A DNA stretch of 64,000 nucleotides from the NCBI GenBank assembly GCA_964035545.1, contig OZ037767.1, positions 17,948,259 through 18,012,258 on the forward strand, in the 5' to 3' direction. The position numbers were made by a program, and so were the translations under genes. Shown one piece after another: positions 16,717 through 33,300 of this stretch; positions within the stretch are counted from its first letter, which is position 1, and every line of letters begins with the position of its first letter. A model generated the notes under the pieces. It did not search any database, had not been told where the DNA came from, and worked only from the letters and a program-made list of their open reading frames with translations. The DNA is from Bugula neritina. Lineage: Eukaryota; Animalia; Bryozoa.

Positions 16717-19700
16717 TACTGCAACATACTGCAACATACTGAATTACGGTGTAACATATTGAAATACACTGCAATACATTGGAATATACTGCAACACACT
16801 GAAACATACTGCAACATACTGAAATATACCGCAACATATCGAAGTATATCGTAATATACGGACATGTCCTGCAACATACTGAAACATACTGAAACATACT
16901 AAAATATACTGGAACATACCGAAACAAACTGCAACATACTGCAATATACTGGAATATATTGCAAGATACTACAACATAGTGAAATACACTGCAACATACT
17001 GAAATATACTGTGACACACTGAAAGAGACTGCAACATACTGAAATACACTGTAACATACTGAAATAGACTGCAACATACTGAAATACCCTGCTACATACT
17101 GAAATATACTGCAAGATACTACAACAAATTGAAATACACTGCAACACATTGAAACATACTGCAACATACCTAAATATATGGTAATATACTGAAATATACT
17201 GTAACATACTGAAATATACTGAAATATAATGCAAGATACTGCAACATACTGAAATACACTGCAACACACTGAAGTATACTGTAATATACACAAATGTACT
17301 GTAACAAACTGAAACATAGGTCAACATACTGAAATGTACTGCACCATACTGAAGTACACTGTAATATACTGAATTACACTGCAACATACTGCAACATACT
17401 GAAATACGCTGTAACATATTGAAATACACTGCAACACATTGAAATATACTGTAACCCATTGAAATATAGTGTAATCAACGGAAATGTACTGTAACATACT
17501 GAAACATACTGAAACATACTAAAATATACTGGAGCATATCGAAACGTACTGCAACATACTGAAATATACTGCGAGATACTGCAACATACTGAATTACAAT
17601 GTAACATACTGAAATACACTGCAACATACTGCAACATACTGCAACATACTGAATTACAGTGTAACATATTGAAATACACTGCAATACATTGAAATACACT
17701 GCAACACACTGAAACATACTGCAGCATACTGAAATATACTGCAACATATCGAAGTGTATCGTAATATACGCACATGTACTGTAACATACTGAAACATAAC
17801 GTAACATACTAAAATATACTGGAACATAGCGGAACATACTGCAACATAATGAAATATACTGTACCACACTGAAATATACGGCAAAATACTGAAATATACT
17901 TCAACATACTGAAATATACTGCAACATACTGCAACACACGGAAGTTTGCTGTAACATGTTAAAATGCACGGCAACATGCTGAAATACACTGCAACAAACC
18001 TAGATATATGGGAATATACTGAAATATACTGTACTACGTTGAAAAACACTGCAACATATTGAAATATGCTGTAGCACAATGAAATACACTGCAACTCACT
18101 GAAATATAGTGTAATATGCCGAAATGTACTGTAACATACTGGAATATACTGTAACACACTGAAATATACTGCAACATACTGAAATACACTGTAACGTTTT
18201 AAAATATACTGCAACATACTGAACCACACTGCAAAATACTACAACATACTGAAATACACTGCAACATACTGAAATATACTGTGACACACTGAAATATACT
18301 GCAACATACTGAAATACACTGTAACATACTGAAATACACTGCAAAATACTACAATATACTGAAATACACTGTAACATATTGAAATACACTGCAACACATT
18401 GAAATATACTGCAACATACCGACATATATGGTAAACTACTGAGATATACTGTAACACACAGAAAAATACTGCAATATACTGAAATATACTGTAACACACT
18501 GAAATATACTGCAACATACTGAAATACACTGAAACATACTGAAACACACTGCAACATACTGCAACATACTACAACATACTGCAACATACTGCAACATACT
18601 GAATTACAGTGTAACATATTGAAATACACTGCAACAAATTGAAGTATACTGCAACACACTGAAGTAGACTGTAATATAAAGAAATGTACTGTAACAAACT
18701 GAAACATACGTATACATACTGAAATACACTGCCACATACTGAAATACACTGCTACATACTGAAATTCACTGCAACACACTACAACTTACTGAAATACACT
18801 GCAACATACTGCAACATACTGCAACACACGGAAGTTTGCTGTAACATATTGAAATGCACCGCAACACACTGAAATACACTGCAACTTATTGAAATATACT
18901 GCAACATACCGAAATATATGGTAAACTACTGAAATATACTGTAACACATTGAAAAATACTGCAATATACTGAAATATACTGTAACACACTGAAATATACT
19001 GCAACATACTGAAATACACTGTAACTTACTGAAACATACTGCAACATACTGAAATACACTGCAACATACTACAACATATTGAAATACACTGCAACACACT
19101 GAAATATACTGCAACATACCTAAAAATACGATAATATACTGAAATATACTGTAAAACATTGAAAAATACTGCAACATATTGGAGTATACTGCAAGATACC
19201 GCAACATACTGAATTGCACTTTAAGATACCGAAATACACTGCAACATACTGACTTATACTGACTTACACTGGAACATATTGAAATACACTGCAACAAATT
19301 GAAGTATACTGCAACACACTGAAGTATACTGTAATATACAGAAATGTACTGTAACAAACTGAAACATAGGTATACATACTGAAATACACTGCCACATACT
19401 GAAATACACTGCTACATACTGAAATTTACTGCAACATACTGCAACATACTGAAATACACTGCAACATGCTACAACATATTGAAATAGACTGCAACACATT
19501 GAAATATACTTCAACATACTTAAATATACAATAATATACTGAAATATACTGTAAAACATTGAAAAATACTGCAACATACTGGAGTATACCGCAAGATACC
19601 GCAACATACTGAAATACACTTTAACATACTGAAATACACTTCAACATACTGACTTATACTGACAAACACTGGAACATATTGAGATACACTGCAACATACT

Positions 19701-21781
19701 GCAACATACTGCAACATACTGAATTACGGTGTAACATATTGAAATACACTGCAATACATTGGAATATACTGCAACACACTGAAACATACTGCAACATACT
19801 GAAATATACCGCAACATATCGAAGTATATCGTAATATACGGACATGTCCTGCAACATACTGAAACATACTGAAACATACTAAAATATACTGGAACATACC
19901 GAAACAAACTGCAACATACTGCAATATACTGGAATATATTGCAAGATACTACAACATAGTGAAATACACTGCAACATACTGAAATATACTGTGACACACT
20001 GAAAGAGACTGCAACATACTGAAATACACTGTAACATACTGAAATAGACTGCAACATACTGAAATACCCTGCTACATACTGAAATATACTGCAAGATACT
20101 ACAACAAATTGAAATACACTGCAACACATTGAAACATACTGCAACATACCTAAATATATGGTAATATACTGAAATATACTGTAACATACTGAAATATACT
20201 GAAATATAATGCAAGATACTGCAACATACTGAAATACACTGCAACACACTGAAGTATACTGTAATATACACAAATGTACTGTAACAAACTGAAACATAGG
20301 TCAACATACTGAAATGTACTGCACCATACTGAAGTACACTGTAATATACTGAATTACACTGCAACATACTGCAACATACTGAAATACGCTGTAACATATT
20401 GAAATACACTGCAACACATTGAAATATACTGTAACCCATTGAAATATAGTGTAATCAACGGAAATGTACTGTAACATACTGAAACATACTGAAACATACT
20501 AAAATATACTGGAGCATATCGAAACGTACTGCAACATACTGAAATATACTGCGAGATACTGCAACATACTGAATTACAATGTAACATACTGAAATACACT
20601 GCAACATACTGCAACATACTGCAACATACTGAATTACAGTGTAACATATTGAAATACACTGCAATACATTGAAATACACTGCAACACACTGAAACATACT
20701 GCAGCATACTGAAATATACTGCAACATATCGAAGTGTATCGTAATATACGCACATGTACTGTAACATACTGAAACATAACGTAACATACTAAAATATACT
20801 GGAACATAGCGGAACATACTGCAACATAATGAAATATACTGTACCACACTGAAATATACGGCAAAATACTGAAATATACTTCAACATACTGAAATATACT
20901 GCAACATACTGCAACACACGGAAGTTTGCTGTAACATGTTAAAATGCACGGCAACATGCTGAAATACACTGCAACAAACCTAGATATATGGGAATATACT
21001 GAAATATACTGTACTACGTTGAAAAACACTGCAACATATTGAAATATGCTGTAGCACAATGAAATACACTGCAACTCACTGAAATATAGTGTAATATGCC
21101 GAAATGTACTGTAACATACTGGAATATACTGTAACACACTGAAATATACTGCAACATACTGAAATACACTGTAACGTTTTAAAATATACTGCAACATACT
21201 GAACCACACTGCAAAATACTACAACATACTGAAATACACTGCAACATACTGAAATATACTGTGACACACTGAAATATACTGCAACATACTGAAATACACT
21301 GTAACATACTGAAATACACTGCAAAATACTACAATATACTGAAATACACTGTAACATATTGAAATACACTGCAACACATTGAAATATACTGCAACATACC
21401 GACATATATGGTAAACTACTGAGATATACTGTAACACACAGAAAAATACTGCAATATACTGAAATATACTGTAACACACTGAAATATACTGCAACATACT
21501 GAAATACACTGAAACATACTGAAACACACTGCAACATACTGCAACATACTACAACATACTGCAACATACTGCAACATACTGAATTACAGTGTAACATATT
21601 GAAATACACTGCAACAAATTGAAGTATACTGCAACACACTGAAGTAGACTGTAATATAAAGAAATGTACTGTAACAAACTGAAACATACGTATACATACT
21701 GAAATACACTGCCACATACTGAAATACACTGCTACATACTGAAATTCACTGCAACACACTACAACTTACTGAAATACACTG
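15814..21781. repeat. Near-perfect 2,980-bp tandem duplication (15814-18801 vs 18794-21781)
   Basis: Constant offset 2980 with identical translations (15946/18926, 16661/19641, 18096/21076). Flanking mismatches are at 15813/18793 and 18802/21782. Confidence 0.95.
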
Positions 21782-22225
21782 TAACATACTGAAATACACT
21801 GCAAAATACTACAATATACTGAAATACACTGTAACATATTGAAATACACTGCAACACATTGAAATATACTGCAACATACCGAAATATATGGTAAACTACT
21901 GAGATATACTGTAACACACAGAAAAATACTGCAATATACTGAAATATACTGTAACACACTAAAATATACTGCAACATACTGAAATACACTGAAACATACT
22001 GAAACACACTGCAACATACTGCAACATACTACAACATACTGCAACATACTGCAACATACTGAATTACAGTGTAACATATTGAAATACACTGCAACAAATT
22101 GAAGTATACTGCAACACACTGAAGTATACTGTAATATAAAGAAATGTACTGTAACAAACTGAAACATACGTATACATACTGAAATACACTGCCACATACT
22201 GAAATACACTGCTACATACTGAAAT
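21287..22225. repeat. 480-bp tandem duplication (further copy at ~18307-18765)
   Basis: Landmarks GTAAACTACTGAGATATACT (21411, 21891) and GTAATATAAAGAAATGT (21651, 22131) recur at offset 480, with about 4 substitutions. Confidence 0.85.
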
Positions 22226-23359
22226 TTACTGCAACATACTGCAACATACTGAAATACACTGCAACATGCTACAACATATTGAAATAGACTGCAACACATT
22301 GAAATATACTGCAACATACTTAAATATACGATAATATACTGAAATATACTGTAAAACATTGAAAAATACTGCAACATACTGGAGTATACTGCAAGACACC
22401 GCAACATACTGAAATACACTTTAACATACTGAAATACACTTCAACATACTGACTTATACTGACAAACACTGGAACATATTGAGATACACTGCAACATACA
22501 GCAACATACTGCAACATACTGAATTACGGTGTAACATATTGAAATACACTGCAATACATTGAAATATACTGCAACACACTGAAACATACTGCAACATACT
22601 GAAATATACCGCAACATATCGAAGTATATCGTAATATACGGACATGTCCTGCAACATACTGAAACATACTGAAACATACTAAAATATACTGGAACATACC
22701 GAAACAAACTGCAACATAATGAAATATACTGTACCACACTGAAATATACAGCAAAACACTGAAATTTACTTCAACATACTGAAATATACCGCAACATATC
22801 GAAGTATATCGTAATATACGGACATGTACTGTAACATACTGAAACATACTGAAACATACTGAAACATACTAAAATATACTGGAACATACCGAAACAAACT
22901 GCAACATAATCAAATATACTGTACCACACTGAAATGTACGGCAAAATACTGAAATACACTGTAACATACTGAAACATACTGCAACATAGTGAAATACACT
23001 GCAACATACTACAACATATTGAAATACACTGCAACACATTGAAATATACTGCAACATACCTAAATATACGGTAATATACTGAAATATACTGTAACACATT
23101 GAAAAATACTGCAACATACTGGAATATACTGCAAGATACTGCAACACACTGAAATACACTTTAACATACTGAAATACACTTCAACATACTGACTTATACT
23201 GACATACACAGGAACATATTGAGATACACTGCAACAAATTGAAGTATACTGCAACACACTGAAACATACGGCAAAATGCTGAAATATACTGCGACACATT
23301 GAAATATACTGCAACATACTGCAATATACTGGAATAAAATGCAAGATACTGCAACATAC

Positions 23360-26300
23360 TGAAATACACTGTGACATACTGAGATACACTGCAACATACT
23401 GCAACATACTGCAACATACTGAAATACACTGTAACATAGTGAAATACACTGCAATACATTGAAATATACTGCAACACACTGAAACATACTGCAACATACT
23501 GAAATTTGTCGCAACATATCGAAGTATATCGTAATATACGGACATGTACTGTAACATACTGAAACATACTGAAACATACTAAAACATACTGGAACATACC
23601 GAAACATACTGCAACATAATGAAATATACTGTACCACGATATGTACTGTAACATATTGGAATATACTGTAACACACTGAAATATACTGCAACATATTGAA
23701 ATACACTGTACCATAATGAAATATACTGCAACATACTGCAACATACTGCAACATACTGCAACATACTGAAATACACTGTACCATACTGGAATACACTGCA
23801 ACATACTACAACATAGTGAAATACACTGCAACATACTGAAATATACTGTGACACACTGAAAGAGACTGCAAAATACTGAAATACACTGTAACATACTGAA
23901 ATAGACTGCAACATACTGAAATACCCTGCTACATACTGAAATATACTGCAAGATACTACAACATATTGAAATACACTGCAACACATTGAAACATACTGAA
24001 ACATACCTAAATATATGGTAATATACTGAAATTTACTGTAACATACTGAAATATACTGAAATATAATGCAAGATACTGCAACATACTGAAATACACTGCA
24101 ACACACTGAAGTATACTGTAATATACACAAATGTACTGTAACAAACTGAAACATAGGTCAACATACTGAAATGTACTGCACCATACTGAAATACACTGTA
24201 ATATACTGAATTACACTGCAACATACTGCAACACACTGAAATACGCTGTAACATATTGAAATACACTGCAACACATTGAAATATACTGTAACTCATTGAA
24301 ATATAGTGTAATCAACGGAAATGTACTGTAACATACTGAAACATACTGAAACATACTAAAATATACTGGAGCATATCGAAACGTACTGCAACATACTGAA
24401 ATATACTGCGAGATACTGCAACATACTGAATTACAATGTAACATACTGAAATACACTGCAACAAACCTAAATATATGGGAATATACGGAAACATACTGTA
24501 CTACGTTGAAAAACACTGCAACATATTGAAATATGCTGTAGCACAATGAAATACACTGCAACTCACTGAAATATAGTGTAATATGCCGAAATGTACTGCA
24601 ACATACTGAAATACACTGTAACATTTTAAAATATACTGCAACATACTGAAACACACTGCAAAATACTGCAACATACTGAAATACACTGCAACATACTGAA
24701 ATATACTGTGACACACTGAAATATACTGCAACATACTGAAATACATTGTAACATACTGAAATACACTGCAACATACTGAAATACACTGCTACATACTGAA
24801 ATATACTGCAAGATACTGCAACATACTGAAATGCAGTGTAACATACTGAAATACACTGCAACATGCTGCATTATACTGACATACACTGGAACATATTGAA
24901 ATACACTGCAACACATTGAAATATACTGCAACACACCGAAACATACGGCAACATATTGAAATATGCTGTAGCATACTGAAATACACTGCAACACACTGAA
25001 GTATACTGTAATATACAGAAATGTTCTGTAACAAACTGAAACATACGTCAACATACTGAAATACACTGCCACATACTGAAATATACTGCAAAACACTACA
25101 ACTTACTGAAATACACTGTAACATACTGAAATACACTGCAAAATACTACAACATATTGAAATACACTGCAACACACCGAAACGTACAGCAACATATTGAA
25201 ATATGCTGTAGCATACTGAAATACACTGCAACACACTGAAGTATACTGTAATATACATAAATGTACTGTAACAAACTGAAATATACTGCAACATACTGAA
25301 ATATACTGCAACACACTGCAACTTACTGAAATACACTGTAACATACTGAAATACACTGCAAAATACTACAACATACTGAAATACACTGTAACACATTGAA
25401 ATACACTGCAACACATTGATATATACTGCAACATACCGAAATATATGGTAAACTACTGAAATATACTGTAACACATAGAAAAATACTGCAATATACTGAA
25501 ATATACTGTAACACACTGAAATATACTGCAACATACTGAAATACACTGTGACATACTGAGATACACTGCAACATACTGCAACATACTGCAACATACTGAA
25601 ATACACTGTAACATAGTGAAATACACTGCAATACATTGAAATATACTGCAACACACTGAAACATACTGCAACATACTGAAATTTGTCGCAACATATCGAA
25701 GTATATCGTAATATACGGACATGTACTGTAACATACTGAAACATACTGAAACATACTAAAACATACTGGAACATACCGAAACATACTGCAACATAATGAA
25801 ATATACTGTACCACGATATGTACTGTAACATATTGGAATATACTGTAACACACTGAAATATACTGCAACATATTGAAATACACTGTACCATAATGAAATA
25901 TACTGCAACATACTGCGACATACTGCAACATACTGCAACATACTGAAATATACTGTGACACACTGAAAGAGACTGCAAAATACTGAAATACACTGTAACA
26001 TACTGAAATAGACTGCAACATACTGAAATACCCTGCTACATACTGAAATATACTGCAAGATACTACAACATATTGAAATACACTGCAACACATTGAAACA
26101 TACTGCAACATACCTAAATATATGGTAATATACTGAAATATACTGTAACATACTGAAATATACTGAAATATAATGCAAGATACTGCAACATACTGAAATA
26201 CACTGCAACACACTGAAGTATACTGTAATATACACAAATGTACTGTAAAAAACTGAAACATAGGTCAACATACTGAAATGTACTGCACCATACTGAAATA

Positions 26301-26740
26301 CACTGTAATATACTGAATTACACTGCAACATACTGCAACACACTGAAATACGCTGTAACATATTGAAATACACTGCAACACATTGAAATATACTGTAACT
26401 CATTGAAATATAGTGTAATCAACGGAAATGTACTGTAACATACTGAAACATACTGAAACATACTAAAATATACTGGAGCATATCGAAACGTACTGCAACA
26501 TACTGAAATATACTGCGAGATACTGCAACATACTGAATTACAATGTAACATACTGAAATACACTGCAACAAACCTAAATATATGGGAATATACTGAAATA
26601 TACTGTACTACGTTGAAAAACACTGCAACATATTGAAATATGCTGTAGCACAATGAAATACACTGCAACTCACTGAAATATAGTGTAATATGCCGAAATG
26701 TACTGCAACATACTGAAATACACTGTAACATTTTAAAATA
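23360..26740. repeat. Interrupted ~1.2-kb duplication (~23360-24630 vs ~25540-26740)
   Basis: Shared rare variants GAAATTTGTCGCAAC and ACTGTACCACGATATGT. Offsets are 2177 and then 2107 (24211 vs 26318). Confidence 0.8.
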
Positions 26741-29700
26741 CACTGCAACACACCGAAACGTACGGCAACATACTGAAATATGCTGTAGCACACTGAAATA
26801 CACTGCAACACACTGAAGTATACTGTAATATAGAGAAATGTACTGTAACAAACTGAAAGATCTGTCAACATACTGAAATACACTGCCACATACTGAAATA
26901 TACAGCAACATACTGCAACATTCTTACATACGCTGTAACATACTGAAATACACTGCAACATACTACAACATATTGAAATACACTGCAACACATTGGAATA
27001 TACTGCAACATACTGAACTATACTGCAAGATACTGCAATATACCGAAATACACTGTAACGTACTGAAAGACACAGCAACATACTGCATTATATTGACATA
27101 CACTGAAACATATTGAAATACACTGCAACAAATTGAAGTATACTGCAACACACTGAAACATACGGCAACATACTGAAATAGACTGTAACACATTGAAAAA
27201 CCCTGCAACATTCTGCAACATACTGAAATACACTGTAACATACTGAAACACACTGCAACATACTACAACATACTGAAATACACTGTAACATATTGAAATA
27301 CACTGCAACACATTGAAATATACTGGAACACACTGAGACATACGGCAACATACTGTAATATACTGTAACACATTGAAAAACCCTGCAACATTCTGCAACA
27401 TACTGAAATACACTGTAACATACTGAAATACACTGCAACATACTACAACATACTGAAATACACTGTAACATATTGAAATACACTGCAACACATTGAAATA
27501 TACTGCAACACACTGAAACATACGGCAACATGCTGAAATATACTGCGACACTTTGCAATATACTGCAAGATACTGCAACATACTGAAATACAGTGTAACA
27601 TACTGAAATACACTGCAACATACTGCATTATACTGACATACACTGGAACATATTGAAATACACTGCAACAAATTGAAGTATACTGCAACACACTGAAACA
27701 TACGGCAACATACTCAAATATACTGCAACATACTGAATTACACTGCCACATACTGAAAAATACAGCAACATACTGCAACATTCTTACATACGCTGTAGCA
27801 TACTGAAATACACTGCAACATACTACAACATTTTGAAATACACTGCAACACATTGGAATATACTGCAACATACTGAACTATACTGCAAGATACTGCAATA
27901 TGCTGAAATACACTGTAACATACTGAAATACACAGCAACATACTGCATCATATTGACATACACTGAAACATATTGAAATACACTGCAACAAACTAAAGTA
28001 TACTGCAACACACTGAAACATACGGCAACATACTGAAATACACTGTAACACATTGAAAAACCCTGCAACATTCTGCAACATACTGAAATACACTGTAACA
28101 TACTGAAATACACTGCAACATACTACAACATACTGAAATACACTGTAACATATTGAAATACACAGCAACACATTGAAATATACTGGAACACACTGAAACG
28201 TACGGCAACATGCTGAAATATACTGCGACACATTGCAATATACTGCAAGAAACTGCAACATAGTGAAATACAGTGTAACATACTAAAATACGCTGCAACA
28301 TACTGCATTATACTGACATACACTGGAACATATTGAAATACACTGCAACAAATTGAAGTATACTGCAACACACTGAAACATACGGCAACATACTCAAATA
28401 TACTGCAACATACTGAAATACACTGCAACATACTGCATTATACTGACATACACTGAAACATATTAAAATACACTGCAACAAATTGAAGTATACTGCAACA
28501 CACTGAAACATACAGCAACATGCTGTAATATACTGTAACACATTGAAAAACACTGCAAAATACTGAAAAATGCTGTAGCGCACTAAAATACACTGTAACA
28601 TATTGAAATGCACTGCAACACATTGAAATATACTGCAACACCTTGAAATATACTGCAACACACTGCAACTTACTGAAATACACTGTAACATACTGAAATA
28701 CACGGCAAAATACTACAACATTCTGAAATAGACTCTAACATATTGAAATACACTGCAACACATTGAAATATATTGCAACATACCGAAATATATGGTAAAC
28801 TACTGAAATATACTGTAACACACTGAAATACACTGCAACATACTCAAATATACTGCAACACATTGAAATATACTGCAACATACTGAATATAATGCACGAT
28901 ACTGCAACATACCGAAATACACTGTGACATACTGAGATACACTGCAACATACTGCAACATACTGCAACACACGGAAGTTTGCTGTAACATATTGAAATGC
29001 ACCGCAACATACTGAAATACACTGCAACTTATTGAAATATACTGCAACATACCGAAATATATGGTAAACTACTGAAATATTCTGTAACACATAGAAAAAT
29101 ACTGCAATATACTGAAATATACTGTAACACACTGAAATATACTGCAACATACTGAAATACACTGTAACATACTGAAACATACTGCAACATACTGAAACAC
29201 ACTGCAACATACTACAACATATTGAAATACACTGCAACACACTGAAATATACTGCAACATACCTAAAAATACGATAATATACTGAAATATACTGTAAAAC
29301 ATTGAAAAATACTGCAACATACTGGAGTATACTGCAAGATACCGCAACATACTGAATTGCACTTTAACATACTGAAATACACTGCAACATACTGACTTAT
29401 ACTGACATACACTGGAACATATTGAAATACACTGCAACAAATTGAAGTATACTGCAACACACTGAATTACGGTGTAACATATTGAAATACACTGCAATAC
29501 ATTGGAATATACTGCAACACACTGAAACATACTGCAACATACTGAAATATACCGCAACATATCGAAGTATATGGTAATATTTGGACATGTACTGTAACGT
29601 ACTGAAACATACTGAAACATACTAAAATATACTGGAACATACCGAAACAAACTGCAACATAATGAAATATACTGTACCACACTGGAATATACAGCAAAAT

Positions 29701-30308
29701 ACTGAAATATACTTCAACACACTGAAATATACCGCAACATATCGAAGTATATCGTAATATAAGGACATGTACTGTAACATACTGAAACATACTGAAATAT
29801 ACTGAAACATACTAAAATATACTGGAACATACCGAAACATACTGCAGCATAATGACATATACTGTACCACACTGAAATGTACGGCAAAATACTGAAATAC
29901 ACTGTAACATACTGAAACATACTGCAACATAGTGAAATACACTGCAACACATTGAAATATACTGCAACATACCTAAATATATGGTAATATACCGAAATAT
30001 ACTGTAACATACTGAAATATACTGCAAGATACTGCAACATACTGAAATGCACTTCAACATACTGAAAAACACTGCAACATACTGACTTATACCAACATAC
30101 ACTGGCACATATTGAAATACACTGCAACAAATTGAAGTATGCTGCAACACACTGAAACATACGGCAACATGCTGAAATATACAGCGACGCATTGAAATAT
30201 ACTGCAACATACTGCAATATACTGAAATATACTGCAAGATACCGCAACATACTGAAATACACTGTGACATACTGAGATACACTGCAACATACTGCAACAT
30301 ACTGAAAC

Positions 30309-33300
30309 ACACTGTAACTTATTGAAATACACTGCAACACATTGAAATATACTGCAACACACCGAAACATACGGCAACATACTGAAATATGATGTAGCAT
30401 ACTGAAATACACTGCAACAGACTGAAGTATACTGTAATATACACAAATGTACTGTAACAAACTGAAACATACGTCAACATACTGAAATGTACTGCACCAT
30501 ACTGAAATACACTGTAATATACTGAATTACACTGCAACATACTGTAACATACTGAAATACGCTGTAACATATTGAAATACACTGCAACACATTGAAATAT
30601 ACCGTAACTCACTAAAATATAGTGTAATCAACGGAAATGTACTTTAACATACTGAAACATACTGAAACATACTAAAATATACTGGAGCATACCGAAACGT
30701 ACTGCAACATACTGAAATATACTGCGAGATACTGCAACATACTGAAATACACTGTAACATACTGAAATACACTGCAACATACTGCAACATACTGAATTAC
30801 AGTGTAACATATTGAAATACACTGCAATACATTGAAATATACTGCAACATGCTGAAACATACTGCAGCATACTGAAATATACTGCAACTAACTGAAATAC
30901 ACTGTAACATACCGAAATAAGCTGCAACATACTGCAACATACTGAAACACACTGCAACATACTGAAACACACTGCAATATACTAAAATACACTGCAACAT
31001 TCTGCAACAAACTTCAACATACTGAAATACACCGTAACATAATGAAATACACTGCAACACATTGAAATATACTGCAACAAACTGAAATATACTGCAACAT
31101 ACTGAAATGTACTGTAACATACTGAAATACACTGCAACATATCGAAGTCTATCGTAAAATACGGACATGTACTGTAACATACTGAAACACACTGAAACAT
31201 ACTGAAACATACTGAAACATACTGAAACATACTGAAATACACTGCAACATGCTGCAACATACTGAATCACACTGTAACATATTGAAATACACTGCAACAC
31301 ATTGAAATATACCGCAACACACTGAAATATACTGCAACACATCCAAGTACATTGTATTATACGGACATGTACTGTAACATACTGAAACATACTGAAACAA
31401 ATTGAAGTATACTGTAACACACTGAATAATACAGCAAAATGCTGAAGTTTAAGGTAACACAGTGAAGTATACTGCAAAATTCTTAAGTATACTGTAACAT
31501 ACTGAAATAGGCCTCAACATACTTAAATATCCTGCAAGACACTGCAACATACGTAAAGACACTGTAACATATTGAAATACACTGCAACATACTACAACAT
31601 ACTGAAGTACACTGTAAAATATTGAAAAACACTGCAACACTTTGGAATATACTGCAACACACTGAAATTTACTGCAACATACTGAAATACACTGCAACAT
31701 ACTAAAATACACTGCAACATTCTGCAACATACTTCAACATACTGGAATACACTGTAACATAATGAAAGACCTTACAACTAACTGAAGTATAGTGCAATAT
31801 ACAAAAATGTACTGTAACATACTTATATTTACTGTACCACACTTAAATATACTGCATCATACCGAAATAAGCTGCGACATACTGCAACATACTGAAATAC
31901 ACTGCAACATACTAAAATACACTGCAACATACTAAATTACACTGCAACATTCTGCAACATACTTCAACATACTGAAATACACCGTAACATAATGACATAC
32001 ACTGCAACACATTGAAATATACTGCAACAAACTGAAATGTACTGCAACATACTGAAATACACTGCAGCATATCGAAGTCTATCGTAATATACGGACATGT
32101 ACTGTTACATACTGAAACACACTGAAACATACTGAAACATACTGAAACATACTGAAACATACTGCAACATACTGAATTACACTGTAACATACTGTAACAT
32201 ACTGAAATACACTGTAACTTATTGAAATACACTGCAACACATTGAAATATACTGCAACACACCGAAACATACGGCAACATACTGAAATATGATGTAGCAT
32301 ACTGAAATACACTGCAACACACTGAAGTATACTGTAATATACACAAATGTACTGTAACAAACTGAAACATACGTCAACATACTGAAATGTACCGCACCAT
32401 ACTGAAATACACTGTAATATACTGAATTACACTGCAACATACTGTAACATACTGAAATACGCTGTAACATATTGAAATACACTGCAACACATTGAAATAT
32501 ACTGTAACTCAATGAAATATAGTGTAATCAACGGAAATGTACTGTAACATACTGAAACATACTGAAACATACTAAAATATACTGGAGCATACCGAAACGT
32601 ACTGCAACATACTGAAATATACTGCGAGATACTGCAACATACTGAAATACACTGTAACATACTGAAATACACTGCAACATACTGCAACATACTGAATTAC
32701 AGTGTAACACATTGAAATACACTGCAATACATTGAAATATACTGCAACACGCTGAAACATACTGCAGCATACTGAAATATACTGCAACTAACTGAAATAC
32801 ACTGTAACATACCGAAATAAGCTGCAACATACTGCAACATACTGAAACACACTGCAACATACTGAAACACACTGCAATATACTAAAATACACTGCAACAT
32901 TCTGCAACAAACTTCAACATACTGAAATACACCGTAACATAATGAAATACACTGCAACACATTGAAATATACTGCAACAAACTGAAATATACTGCAACAT
33001 ACTGAAATGTACTGTAACATACTGAAATACACTGCAACATATCGAAGTCTATCGTAAAATACGGACATGTACTGTAACATACTGAAACACACTGAAACAT
33101 ACTGAAACATACTGAAACATACTGAAACATACTGAAATACACTGCAACATGCTGCAACATACTGAATCACACTGTAACATATTGAAATACACTGCAACAC
33201 ATTGAAATATACCGCAACACACTGAAACATACTGCAACACATCCAAGTACATTGTATTATACGGACATGTACTGTAACATACTGAAACATACTGAAACAT

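Noticed and set aside
31171-31230. Short pure runs such as (ACTGAAACAT)n and (ACTGCAACAT)n as separate minisatellites
   Set aside because: They are local slippage expansions of 3-6 monomers within the same array, not independent features.
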